A stretch of DNA of 64,000 bases from Vicinamibacterales bacterium (lineage in GTDB: Bacteria; Acidobacteriota; Vicinamibacteria; Vicinamibacterales; JAMQPK01), in contig CAVXJF010000001.1 in NCBI GenBank assembly GCA_963762055.1, positions 133,466 through 197,465 of the forward strand, in the 5' to 3' direction. Positions within the stretch are counted from its first letter, which is position 1; each line of letters opens with the position of its first letter. The position numbers were made by a program, and so were the translations under genes. The notes under the pieces are model-generated. The model ran no database searches, was not told the origin of the DNA, and saw only the letters and a program-made list of their open reading frames with translations. Shown here one piece after another: positions 30,703 through 39,510 of this stretch.

Positions 30703-31338
30703 TCATTTTCCATCCGCTTTATCTGCTGGCGACGAGCGCGCCGGTTCCAAGAGAGTCATGCGGATGAGACTGGCCTGTTCGTTGTTGAAGCTCGAGAGCT
30801 GCGCTGTGTTCATATCCATTGCAGCACTCATAATCCCGCGAGGGGAGTGGTCAATTTTTGGCATTAGGAGATGGCCCACTTCGTGCGCGATCACCGAACC
30901 GAGTGTTGTCGCGATCCGAGCACTATGGGCTGAGGCGATGCGCTCGCAAAAGATGTGCGCGCGCCCACTGGGTAGGTGGGCCTGGCCGAGCACGTTCTCA
31001 GCGATGCCTCTTTCTGAGGCTATCTTCTCGGACTTCTCGTGCGACAGGAGCAGAATCGAGAGGTGGAGCCCGTCGTCTTGATGCTTTCTCACGATCGGCA
31101 GGCCTTCGAGCCAAACGATGCGGACGCCGATGAAGTCATAGACCCTCTCGACGCGTTGCATGGCTTGGTTCAAGACGACGCTCGGCACGGCTGCGTAGTT
31201 GGTGACATGCAGCACGATCGTCGGTCGATGCGCGGCACTCGTGGCGACCGGCCCATCCTGAGCGCTTGCCCGCCCCGGCACCAACATGGCGAGAACCCCC
31301 ATCAGAACCACGGTCCCCTTTCGGCCTGTATTCGTCAT
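30703..31338 (-). CDS. small secreted HExxH zinc-metalloprotease-like protein, copy B (intact)
   Basis: 211-aa ORF with a signal peptide ending ...GRASAQ and the motif SVIAHEVGHLLMPKIDHSPRGIMS. Confidence 0.75.
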   Translation of the reverse strand: MTNTGRKGTVVLMGVLAMLVPGRASAQDGPVATSAAHRPTIVLHVTNYAAVPSVVLNQAMQRVERVYDFIGVRIVWLEGLPIVRKHQDDGLHLSILLLSHEKSEKIASERGIAENVLGQAHLPSGRAHIFCERIASAHSARIATTLGSVIAHEVGHLLMPKIDHSPRGIMSAAMDMNTAQLSSFNNEQASLIRMTLLEPARSSPADKADGK

Positions 31339-31422
31339 CGCCCTTCCTCCTCGGGCGATGGAGGCGGGAAACCCGGTCTGAAAGGGCCATGGGGCGTAAA
31401 ATGCCTGCCGGATCGGTTTCCG

Positions 31423-31998
31423 ATGCCTGTTCCGTCAACTGCCCAGGTGACCAACCTGCTCCTCGCGTGGGGCAACGGCGACGAAGTAGCCTTTCAGCAG
31501 CTCGTCCCGCTGGTCCACGCGGAGCTGCGCCGTATCGCCCGGCGGCAAATGGGCCACGAGCGCGTGGGACATACGCTGCAGCCCACTGCTCTCGTCAACG
31601 AGGCCTACCTCAAGCTCATCGATATCCGGCATGTAGGCTGGCAGGACCGCGCGCACTTCTTTGCCATGTCCTCGCGCGTGATGCGGCGAGTCCTCGTGGA
31701 CTGCGCACGCGCGCGCGGCTACCAGAAGCGTGGAGCCGGGGCGCAGAAGGTCACGCTCGACGAAGGACGTATGGGCAGTGCGGAACCCGCCGCTGACGTG
31801 CTCGCCCTCGATGACGCGCTCGAAGCTCTGGCAGCGATCGATCCGCGCAAAGAGCAGGTCGTGGAAATGCGTTATTTCGGAGGATTGAGCATCGAGGAAA
31901 CGGCCGAGGCACTCGGCGTTTCAGTGCGCACGGTAAAACGCGATTGGACGATGGCGAAACTGTGGCTGCGCAGGGAACTGAAGAAACCCGGGGACTAG
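31423..31998 (+). CDS. ECF-type RNA polymerase sigma factor (TIGR02999/ECF43-like, kinase-associated group)
   Basis: Starts at the internal Met MPVPSTAQVTNLLLAWGNGDEVAFQQLVPLVHAELRRIARRQM..HTLQPTALVNEAYLKL. The region-4 HTH is LSIEETAEALGVSVRTVKRDW. Confidence 0.88.
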   Translation: MPVPSTAQVTNLLLAWGNGDEVAFQQLVPLVHAELRRIARRQMGHERVGHTLQPTALVNEAYLKLIDIRHVGWQDRAHFFAMSSRVMRRVLVDCARARGYQKRGAGAQKVTLDEGRMGSAEPAADVLALDDALEALAAIDPRKEQVVEMRYFGGLSIEETAEALGVSVRTVKRDWTMAKLWLRRELKKPGD

Positions 31999-32010
31999 TT
32001 TTCGAGTACC

Positions 32011-32694
32011 ATGCGCGTCATCATGCGCATGTTCAGCCTCACCATCACGCTCGCCGCACTCGCCGCCTTGCCAGCATTCGCGCAGGTCAAGGGTCCGGTC
32101 GCGCCGGCGATGACCGCCGAACAGATCAAGGCAAGCGAATCGCTCGCGCCGAAGTTCGACGAGTCCGCGGCCAGAGAAAAAGCCCGGCTGGAAACGTTCG
32201 CCAATCGCCCGCTCGGCGGCGTGATTCAGCGGTCGTTCAACGTGTTCGCGAATTATCTGGTGATGGCCGCGGAGATGATGCCGGAGGCGAGCTACGGCTT
32301 CCGCCCGACGCCCGACGTGCGCACGTTCGGCGAGCAGATCAATCACGCCGCCGGCGCGCACTACTCCTTCTGTAATCAGGCAGGGCTGCCTCCCGGAGTG
32401 CAGAAGCAGGCGGCGCCGAATCTGAGGACGGTCACAGAAAAGCCGGCGATTATCGCCGCGTTGAAAGAATCGATCGCCTATTGCGATCGCGTCCTCGCCG
32501 CGGCGACGGAATCGTGGCTGATGGAAACCGCGCCTGGCCTCGGCGGCTCATCGAGCGGCCTGGTCACCGGCATACGCGCGCACAGCTTCATCTACGGCAC
32601 GGTCCACAGCGCGGAAGACTACGGAACCATCACCACCTATCTGCGCATGCAGGGGGTCGTTCCGCCGTCCACCGCGCTCCACCCACCGAAGTAG
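32011..32694 (+). CDS. DinB-family protein with signal peptide
   Basis: 227-aa ORF: MRVIMRMFSLTITLAALAALPAFAQ; FGEQINHAAGAHYSFC; HSAEDYGTITTYLRMQG. Confidence 0.75.
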   Translation: MRVIMRMFSLTITLAALAALPAFAQVKGPVAPAMTAEQIKASESLAPKFDESAAREKARLETFANRPLGGVIQRSFNVFANYLVMAAEMMPEASYGFRPTPDVRTFGEQINHAAGAHYSFCNQAGLPPGVQKQAAPNLRTVTEKPAIIAALKESIAYCDRVLAAATESWLMETAPGLGGSSSGLVTGIRAHSFIYGTVHSAEDYGTITTYLRMQGVVPPSTALHPPK

Positions 32695-32742
32695 CCGGTA
32701 GCCGTAGCTGGTAGCCGTAGAGCCAGTAGCCGCTAGCTACTG
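32691..32742. repeat. TAGCCGGTAGC-word element between convergent genes
   Basis: GTAGCCGGTAGCCGTAGCTGGTAGCCGTAGAGCCAGTAGCCGCTAGCTAC. Related word arrays occur at 34177-34222 and 49387-49470. Confidence 0.7.
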
Positions 32743-32745
32743 TTT

Positions 32746-34089
32746 CTAACGTTCGGCGTCGTCGTCGTCCTGCCCCACAGCTTCGGGCGCGGTGAAATCC
32801 TCGTCTTCGTATTCGCCGGCGAGCAGTATCGGACCTTCGCCAGTGTCCGAGCGCAGGAAATATTTGAACACCCATCTCGCGACGCGCATGCCGCATTCCC
32901 GCCCGGCTTCGTCTGCAAACCGGAAATGGATCCCCTCGTAGACGCGCGCATCCACGACGTCGTCGGCCGCCTCTGAGAAAGCGAGATAGTCGCGAACGTT
33001 ACCCGTCCCCGCGCCGATCATCGAAAACGGCACCCGGTCGGTTCCGAAGAACATCCTCAACATTTCGGTGGCGGCGCCGGAGAGGCTGTTCGCGCCTGAC
33101 GTGTAGTCAGGGTAGTTGGGTGTCGCGATGAAGGGCTGCCAGGACGGGTCGCCCTCGGTCTCGCCGTTGCCGTCGCTGTTACCAAGCTGAATCGCGGTAA
33201 TCGGCCGCCACAAATTGTATTGCGTCTTCGCCTGCCAGGACGTCATCACCGCGTCAGCCATGGCCATATTGACGAGGGCAAACATCCGCGCGCTGTCGCC
33301 GATGTCGCGAAGGTTTCTGTCTGTGATTCCTCGCAGCGTGCGGTTCCAATAGAGCACAGCGTTGTCGGAATAGAACACTGCAATGGCCGTCTGCTCCGGC
33401 GTGCGTGCGGAACCGGTGTTCCGGCCGAGCGCTTTTACCTCGTTGTAGTCGGCGGTGTACCGGCTGCTCGTTATGCGCGGCGGCTGCGCTGCGAACATAT
33501 GCGACTGGTGGCGCACCGCAAACGTTCGCATGGTTCCCATCCATGGCGTCGTCATGGAGATCGGCTCCGGCGGTGTCGTCGTCGTGAATGACGTGGGCCG
33601 CCACTCTCCGATCCCGGACCCTCCCATGAACACGGGCGAAGGCACCGGGTAGCTGCCGTCGTTCCGGCAAATCTCGATGATCGCCGCCGCAGCCTGCGCG
33701 CCGGCGGCGATGCCGGGATCGTTGCCGGCGATCTGATGCGCCGTGAGATATGCCTGATAGCGGGCGTCGAGCGCCGCCGTCTGAGGTGGAAAACGATTGA
33801 CCAGCACGTCGCGCGCGGCCTTCGCGGCCGCGCCGATTTCGGAGCCCGACGTCCGCGCTATTCCACTCGCATAGGTTTCATACCGATGCTGAATAGCCTG
33901 AACCGCGTCGTGCATCGCGATGTGCACCATCGCGAAATCAATGACGCGCGCCGGAGCCGCCGGACCTGCGGCAAGGATGGTGTCGTTCGTAATCAGATTC
34001 CAGTCGGTAACGACGTCAGCACGGGCCGGGACCGCAGAGGCCAGGAAAAAACATACGAAGACGCCGACGAGCCGCAGGACGACAGTCAT
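32746..34089 (-). CDS. PAP2 / vanadium-haloperoxidase-like superfamily protein, secreted
   Basis: Starts at MTVVLRLVGVFVCFFLASAVPARA. Motifs: DWNLI...HIAMHDAV; KTQYNLWRPITAI; NYPDYTSGANS; ARVYEGIHFRFAD. Confidence 0.7.
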   Translation of the reverse strand: MTVVLRLVGVFVCFFLASAVPARADVVTDWNLITNDTILAAGPAAPARVIDFAMVHIAMHDAVQAIQHRYETYASGIARTSGSEIGAAAKAARDVLVNRFPPQTAALDARYQAYLTAHQIAGNDPGIAAGAQAAAAIIEICRNDGSYPVPSPVFMGGSGIGEWRPTSFTTTTPPEPISMTTPWMGTMRTFAVRHQSHMFAAQPPRITSSRYTADYNEVKALGRNTGSARTPEQTAIAVFYSDNAVLYWNRTLRGITDRNLRDIGDSARMFALVNMAMADAVMTSWQAKTQYNLWRPITAIQLGNSDGNGETEGDPSWQPFIATPNYPDYTSGANSLSGAATEMLRMFFGTDRVPFSMIGAGTGNVRDYLAFSEAADDVVDARVYEGIHFRFADEAGRECGMRVARWVFKYFLRSDTGEGPILLAGEYEDEDFTAPEAVGQDDDDAER

Positions 34090-34176
34090 GTCTGTGCTCC
34101 TTTTAGCGCCGAGCCAACGATTGTGAGGAAAAAGAGAGGGCACCATACGCCCAACGTGGGACAAAACAAGCGCAAA

Positions 34177-34222
34177 CTACTGGCTACCGGCTAACCGGTA
34201 GCCAGTAGCCGGTAGCTGGTAG
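34177..34222 (-). terminator. perfect 14-bp hairpin just downstream of the PQQ-dehydrogenase stop
   Basis: CTACTGGCTACCGG-CTAA-CCGGTAGCCAGTAG (34177-34208) plus an extra half-arm. No clear U-tract. Confidence 0.45.
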
Positions 34223-34227
34223 TCAGA

Positions 34228-36323
34228 TCACGGAAGGCGAAAGGCGATCAGCTCTCCGCTGTGCCCGGCGCCGCTGATCGCCACGACGAGATATTGCCGT
34301 CCGTTGACAATGTAGGTCATCGGCGATCCCGTTTGCGGCGCGGGCATGTAGACGGCGCCCACCTCCGCTCCGGTCGCCTTGTTGTACGCTCGCAACATCG
34401 AGCCGCGCGCTCCGTTCGGCGTCGGTCCGAAGCCGGCTTCTCCCGAAATCACCAGCGTCTTCGTTGTCAGGGAGCCGACAACGCCGGGACGTCCCGTGCG
34501 CGGGATGTTGAGCCCTTTGAGCGCGGCGTGATTCTTAATCGCGTCCGGCGTTTCACCGTGAGCCACCTGCCACAGGATTTCTCCCTTCGCGAGATCGATC
34601 GCGGTGATCTGCCCGTATGGCGGTTTCATGATTGGCAGCCCCTGCACGTTGAGGCCCGGCGCACCGCCGCCCCCCTCACCCGCCGGCGCTGCCGCTGCTG
34701 CCGCCGCCGGAGTGCCAGGCGCGACGGCTCTGTCTCCACCTGCCGCCGATCCCGTGCCGCCAGTCGTCCGTGCGCCTGTCAGTGCGTTGCCCACCACGTA
34801 CGCGAGATCGTTGCGCGATGGATCGCGAGGCGGAACAAGGCCGAGCTGGCTCACCGACTTCTGCGAGTTGACGTAGAGAATGCTGGTCTCCGGGTCGTAG
34901 GAACCGCCCGGCCAGTTGGTGCCGCCGCCCGCGGCTGCGAGCGTCAGCGTCGCCAGCGGACCTTCCGCCTTGCTGACGACCGGCGGCGTGAAGATGGGAC
35001 CGATATTTGTAGCGCGAAATGATCTTGCGGCCTTCAGCGCGCAGCTCGGGCGTGAAGTCGATGAGATCGTCTCTCGACGAAGCCCTGGGAGTCGTAGTTG
35101 AACGGCTGGCCGCGTCCGTTCAACGGAAACGGCTGCGTCGCCGCATACCATTCTCCCGGCACGTCCCCCTTTGGCACCGGCCGCTCTTCGATCGGCCACA
35201 GCGGCTGACCCGTGACGCGATCGAACACATACATGAACGCCTGCTTCGTCGGCTGCGCGACAGCTTTGATGATCTTGCCGTCGCGGCGAATGTCCACGAG
35301 GATGGGCGCGCACGGGATGTCGTGGTCCCAGATGCCATGATGCACGAGCTGGTAGTGCCACTTCCGCTTGCCGGTCTGCAGATCGACAGCCACGAGGCTT
35401 TCCGCGAAGAGATTGTTCCCCGGGCGATCGGCGCCGAAATAATCTCCGGTGGCGCTCTCGACTGGCAGGTAGGCGATGCCCAGCTCGGGATCGATGCTGA
35501 TCTGGCCCCACGCGCCGGTGTTTCCGGTATACGACCACGAATCTTTGAGCCACGTGTCGTTCCCGAACTCGCCGGGCGACGGAATGGTGTGGAAGATCCA
35601 CAACCGCTTGCCGGTGCGCACGTCGAACCCGCGGATGTAACCCTTCACGTTGGTCTTGCCCGTCGGCACGCCGCCCGAGCGATGGGCGGCGCCGACCACC
35701 ACGACGTTGCCGGCGACAGTCGGAGTGGCATGCAGCCCGATTTCGGTCGACAGCGGATCGATGACCTGATCGTTGTTCTGCTTCAGATCGACGACGCCGT
35801 CATCGCCGAAGCCTGGCACGCGCCTGCCGGTCTTGGCGTCGAGCGCGATGAGCCGGTAGCCAGGCGTTACGTAGAAGATCCGTTCTTCTTTGCCGTCGGT
35901 CCAATACGAGAGACCCCGGCCCGACAACTGCCGCGGCCCCGCCGACCCTCTCGGGCCTTCGCGCTCGCTGTGCATCCACAGCTGCTCTCCGGTCTCCGGA
36001 TCCAGCGCCGCGACGGCGCGGCGGCTGCCGGCCGTCGTGAACAGCACGCCGTTGGCCATGACCGGCGTCGATTCGAACATGAACTCGGGGCGCGGGCCGA
36101 GGTGATCGGTCTTGAATCGCCACGCAACCGTCAACTTGCCGAAGTTTTCGCCGTTGATCTGATCGAGCGGCGAGTACCGCGTATGCCCCGGATCGCCGCC
36201 ATACGCGCGCCACTCCCCCGCCGGGTTGCTGGCACTGCTTTGTCCCCGCAGCGTGATTCCACTCGACGCGCACACGAGCGCCGCCGCCAGGACTGCGGCT
36301 CGGCTCCAAATCGATCGGGTCAT
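34228..36323 (-). pseudogene. PQQ-dependent (quinoprotein) dehydrogenase, membrane/periplasmic type, with two frame disruptions about 66 nt apart
   Basis: ORF 35034..36323 gives the signal peptide and N-terminus (WRAYGGDPGHTRYSPL). ORF 34228..35601 gives the C-terminal part (GPIFTPPVVSK...). The linking segment DLIDFTPELRAEGRKIISRYKY reads only in the third frame (~35004-35069). Confidence 0.75.
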
Positions 36324-36414
36324 TTTTTATCTCCCGTTTCTGGTGGTGCAAAGATGACGTTGGCCGTGATGTTCTGGCGCGTGACGCGCACGTCCGGCGC
36401 CGACGACCTCTTTT

Positions 36415-37287
36415 TTATCCGGGGGCCCCTTCCCCCGGTCCCTTGATCGGCGCGCTTGCATACTCGATCCGATAGCTCATCGCCGATTCCGCCTGCACTT
36501 CGTCGATGATCCCCGCGAGCCGCTGCAGGGCTTCGCGAAGACCGCTCGTCGAGTTGAAAGCGTGCGCGCCCCCCGTGTCGCGCGCTATCAGGAGGCTCAC
36601 CGGAAGCTCGGTGAGATTGCCCTGCTTGAAAGCCTGGCCGGTGAGCGGCACATTGAGCCTGATCGCGTGCTGCACGCCGCCGCGCGAGGCGAAATGATCG
36701 ACGATGTGCTTCACTTCCTGCGGATTGATCTCGCCTGTCGATTCGAAGCCCTCTGCCGTAATCACGACGAAGATCGGACGATGATCCGTCGTCTGCGCGA
36801 ACCGGTGGAAGGCGTCGTCGATGTGTTTGTGCATGCGGTTGGCGCCTGAGAGACCAAACATGTTGCCCAGCGCGTCGCGCACGGCCTTGCGATCGAGCGT
36901 CGGCCGCACCCGTATCTGCATGGTGCCCGCGACCGTCAGCAGCATGATCTCGTGTTCGGGATCGAGCGCGTCGACGAAATCGGTGAGCGCGGTCCGCACC
37001 TGTCCGATCTGCTGGCGCAGGTATTCGGTGTTGTCGACGATGAGAATCACGCGCGCGGGGCGGCGGGTCAGTTCAACCTTGGTGATCTCGCGCCGCTCGC
37101 CTCCCTCGAGAAGCTCGAACTCCTCTGGTTTGAGATCGAACACGGCGTTGCCGGTGGCCGCCGTGGCGTCGACGAACACCCGGTGCGGCGATGTCTGGCC
37201 GTAGGCGGAAGCCGGAAGCGAAGACGCCGTGAACACGAGCACGGTCAACGCGGAAACGCCGAGACGCAGGCCTGGCGCAAGAGACAT
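36415..37287 (-). CDS. VWA domain protein (VWFA-related acidobacterial domain family)
   Basis: 290-aa ORF with a signal peptide: VFVDATAA..FDLKPEEFELLEGGERREI...VILIVDNT. Confidence 0.75.
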   Translation of the reverse strand: MSLAPGLRLGVSALTVLVFTASSLPASAYGQTSPHRVFVDATAATGNAVFDLKPEEFELLEGGERREITKVELTRRPARVILIVDNTEYLRQQIGQVRTALTDFVDALDPEHEIMLLTVAGTMQIRVRPTLDRKAVRDALGNMFGLSGANRMHKHIDDAFHRFAQTTDHRPIFVVITAEGFESTGEINPQEVKHIVDHFASRGGVQHAIRLNVPLTGQAFKQGNLTELPVSLLIARDTGGAHAFNSTSGLREALQRLAGIIDEVQAESAMSYRIEYASAPIKGPGEGAPG

Positions 37288-37388
37288 CGATTGTATGGAA
37301 CTCGACGCGGATTATAAGGTGGCCGGCACGAGCCGACACAGAGGATTCTGCTGACTCCCAAGGACTCCTCAACAAACCCCAGTCCTGC

Positions 37389-37394
37389 TATAAT
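37389..37394 (+). promoter_or_regulatory. candidate -10 box TATAAT upstream of the CBS gene
   Basis: TCCTGCTATAATTTGCG lies 34 nt upstream of the ATG at 37429. A GGAGG Shine-Dalgarno sits at 37417-37421. Confidence 0.35.
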
Positions 37395-37428
37395 TTGCGA
37401 CTCTCAAATCCCAGACGGAGGTGCGCAC

Positions 37429-37869
37429 ATGTTGCCGGACACCGTCAGTTCCGTTCTCCGCCGGAAAGCTCGACAGGTCCTGTCGATCGCTCCCGACGCA
37501 TCCGTATACGAAGCCATCGCGCTGATGGCTGAAAATTCGGTCGGGGCCCTGCTGGTTGTTTCCGACGGAACGCTCGCGGGAATCCTCTCGGAGCGCGATT
37601 ACGCCCGAAAAGTCGTCCTCCAGTCTCGATCGTCGAAAGACACGCGGGTCGTCGACATCATGACCTGCCCGGTCGTCACCGTCAGCCCAGCGAACACCGT
37701 CGAAGAGTGCATGCGGCTGATGACCGACAACCGCATCCGCCATCTGCCGGTCGTCGAAGGGTCTGCGATCGTCGGCATCGTCTCGATTGGCGACCTGGTG
37801 CGTTCGGTCATTACCGTGCAGGGGGAAATCATCCAGCACCTGCAGGAGTACATCAACGGGCCTCGTTAG
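37429..37869 (+). CDS. CBS domain pair protein
   Basis: 146-aa ORF: two CBS repeats (VYEAIALMAENSVGALLVV; VEECMRLMTDNRIRHLPVV). Confidence 0.88.
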   Translation: MLPDTVSSVLRRKARQVLSIAPDASVYEAIALMAENSVGALLVVSDGTLAGILSERDYARKVVLQSRSSKDTRVVDIMTCPVVTVSPANTVEECMRLMTDNRIRHLPVVEGSAIVGIVSIGDLVRSVITVQGEIIQHLQEYINGPR

Positions 37870-38773
37870 GTGCGCTGGGTGCGCTAGGTGCGTTGGGTGC
37901 GTTAGGTGCGTCGGGTGCGTTAGGTGCGATGGGTGCGTCAGGTGCGTCAGCTTCGTGCACCTGCTCTGCTTCCGGCTCCAGCTCTGACCCAGGTTCCAGT
38001 TCGGAAGACGGTTCGACCTGTGCGTCCGGCTGCACGGGTTCCGGCTCGGCCGGCGCCGCGGGCGGTGGAATCGCCACCACCGGCGGCGGCGTGATTCTGC
38101 CCATGCGCGCGCGGATGATGCGCTGGCGCGCGCGCAGGCGGCCGTTCGGGTGCGCGATGTCGAGCGTGCGCGGATTGATGATCGCGCCCGCCATCAGCGC
38201 CGCCTGGTCGGGCCCGATCGCGGACGCGGGAATGCGGAAATAATGGCGCGCCGCCGACTCGGCCCCCCAGATGCCGTCGCCCCATTCGATGTTGTTCAGG
38301 TAGAGCTCGAAAATGCGCGTCTTGCTGAGCTCGTGCTCGAGCCGGCGCGTGATGAACAGCTCGGCCAGCTTCCGGAACGGATTGCGCGTGGGCGAGAGGT
38401 AGAGATTCTTCGCGAGCTGCTGCGTGATGGTGCTCGCGCCGCGGGTGAGGCTGCCGCGCTCCCAGTCGGCCTCGAGCGATTTCTTGATCTCCTCGAGATC
38501 GATCCCTTCATGGCCCCAGAAGCCGGCGTCCTCCGCGACCAGCACCGCACGCTTCAAGTGCGGCGAAATGCGGCTGTAGGGAACCGGCTGATGCAGGCGC
38601 CTCAGCTCGCGGCCTTCCGCGCGGGCTTCGCGCGCGCGCAGATCCATGAACGCCGTCGACCGGGGATTGCCCGTGCGCAGCACGCGCACGTCGGGCAGCG
38701 TCAGGTACAGAAACGCGATGTAACCGAACCCGACCACTGCGATGGCCGCAACGGCGCGGCCGACCCGTCGCAT
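37853..38773 (-). CDS. mtgA: monofunctional biosynthetic peptidoglycan transglycosylase with C-terminal acidic/(xAP)9 tail
   Basis: Starts at MRRVGRAVAAIAVVGFGYIAFLY (ATG at 38773). GT51 motifs: AVLVAEDAGFWGHEGID, RGASTITQQLAKNLYL, RKLAELFITRRLE. The last 17 nt overlap the convergent CBS gene. Confidence 0.88.
   Translation of the reverse strand: MRRVGRAVAAIAVVGFGYIAFLYLTLPDVRVLRTGNPRSTAFMDLRAREARAEGRELRRLHQPVPYSRISPHLKRAVLVAEDAGFWGHEGIDLEEIKKSLEADWERGSLTRGASTITQQLAKNLYLSPTRNPFRKLAELFITRRLEHELSKTRIFELYLNNIEWGDGIWGAESAARHYFRIPASAIGPDQAALMAGAIINPRTLDIAHPNGRLRARQRIIRARMGRITPPPVVAIPPPAAPAEPEPVQPDAQVEPSSELEPGSELEPEAEQVHEADAPDAPIAPNAPDAPNAPNAPSAPSAPNEAR
37868..37948 (-). repeat. 9 x 9-nt tandem repeat AACGCACCC-type (encodes D/N/S/I-A-P)
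   Basis: I counted the units directly on the plus strand as AGGTGCGCT GGGTGCGCT AGGTGCGTT ... They read as xAP codons in the mtgA frame. Confidence 0.9.
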
Positions 38774-38776
38774 GTC

Positions 38777-39457
38777 ATGATTATAGTCTTCGCAATGCTG
38801 CTGTTTAGCATGGTGAACGCCGTTGCACAGAACGACAAATGGCCCGCGCTGCGCGCGCAGATGGTCGAGACGCAGCTCCGCGCGCGGGAGATACGCAGCG
38901 AGTCCGTGCTCAATGCGATGGCGCGCGTGCCGCGGCATCTGTTCGTGCCGGCCGACGTGCAGGCGCACGCGTACGACGACCGTCCGCTGCCGATCGGTCA
39001 CGGCCAGACGATTTCGCAGCCTTACATCGTCGCCTACATGACGGAGATGCTGCAGCTCGAGCCCGGGCACAAGCTGCTCGAGATCGGAACAGGCTCGGGG
39101 TACCAGGCGGCGGTGCTGGCTGAAATCGCCAAACACGTTCACAGCATCGAACTGGTTCCCGGTCTGGCGCGGGAAGCGCGGGCCGCGCTGGCGAAGGCCG
39201 GCTACGCGAACGTAACCGTGCGCACCGGCGACGGGTACCGTGGATGGCCGGAGCTCGCTCCCTTCGATCGCATCATCGTCACCGCGGCACCGCCGGACAT
39301 TCCGCAGGCGCTCGTCGATCAGCTCGCCATCGGCGGTGTCATGGTGGTGCCGGTCGGCACCAGCGAGCAGGAGATCGTCATCATTTCAAAGACGGCCGCG
39401 GGCGTGACGCGGAAACGCACGATCCCCGTGCGGTTCGTGCCGATGGTTGCACCCTAG
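38777..39457 (+). CDS. pcm: protein-L-isoaspartate O-methyltransferase
   Basis: GQTISQPYIVAYMTE, LEIGTGSGYQAAVLAE, RIIVTAAPPDIPQAL. The first ATG at 38777 is only 3 nt from the divergent mtgA start, so a downstream Met (38795 or 38810) is possible. Confidence 0.88.
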   Translation: MIIVFAMLLFSMVNAVAQNDKWPALRAQMVETQLRAREIRSESVLNAMARVPRHLFVPADVQAHAYDDRPLPIGHGQTISQPYIVAYMTEMLQLEPGHKLLEIGTGSGYQAAVLAEIAKHVHSIELVPGLAREARAALAKAGYANVTVRTGDGYRGWPELAPFDRIIVTAAPPDIPQALVDQLAIGGVMVVPVGTSEQEIVIISKTAAGVTRKRTIPVRFVPMVAP

Positions 39458-39510
39458 CTGCCCTTCGACTAGTATCCGGCTCCGTTCAACACACAGGACA
39501 GGAGCGTCCC

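Larger units (their letters stand above)
27741..31520 (+). repeat. segmental duplication, copy B; approximate bounds
   Basis: Collinear with 23830-27600. The kinase-domain part (about the first 1.1 kb) is near-identical and the propeller part is clearly more diverged. Confidence 0.8.
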
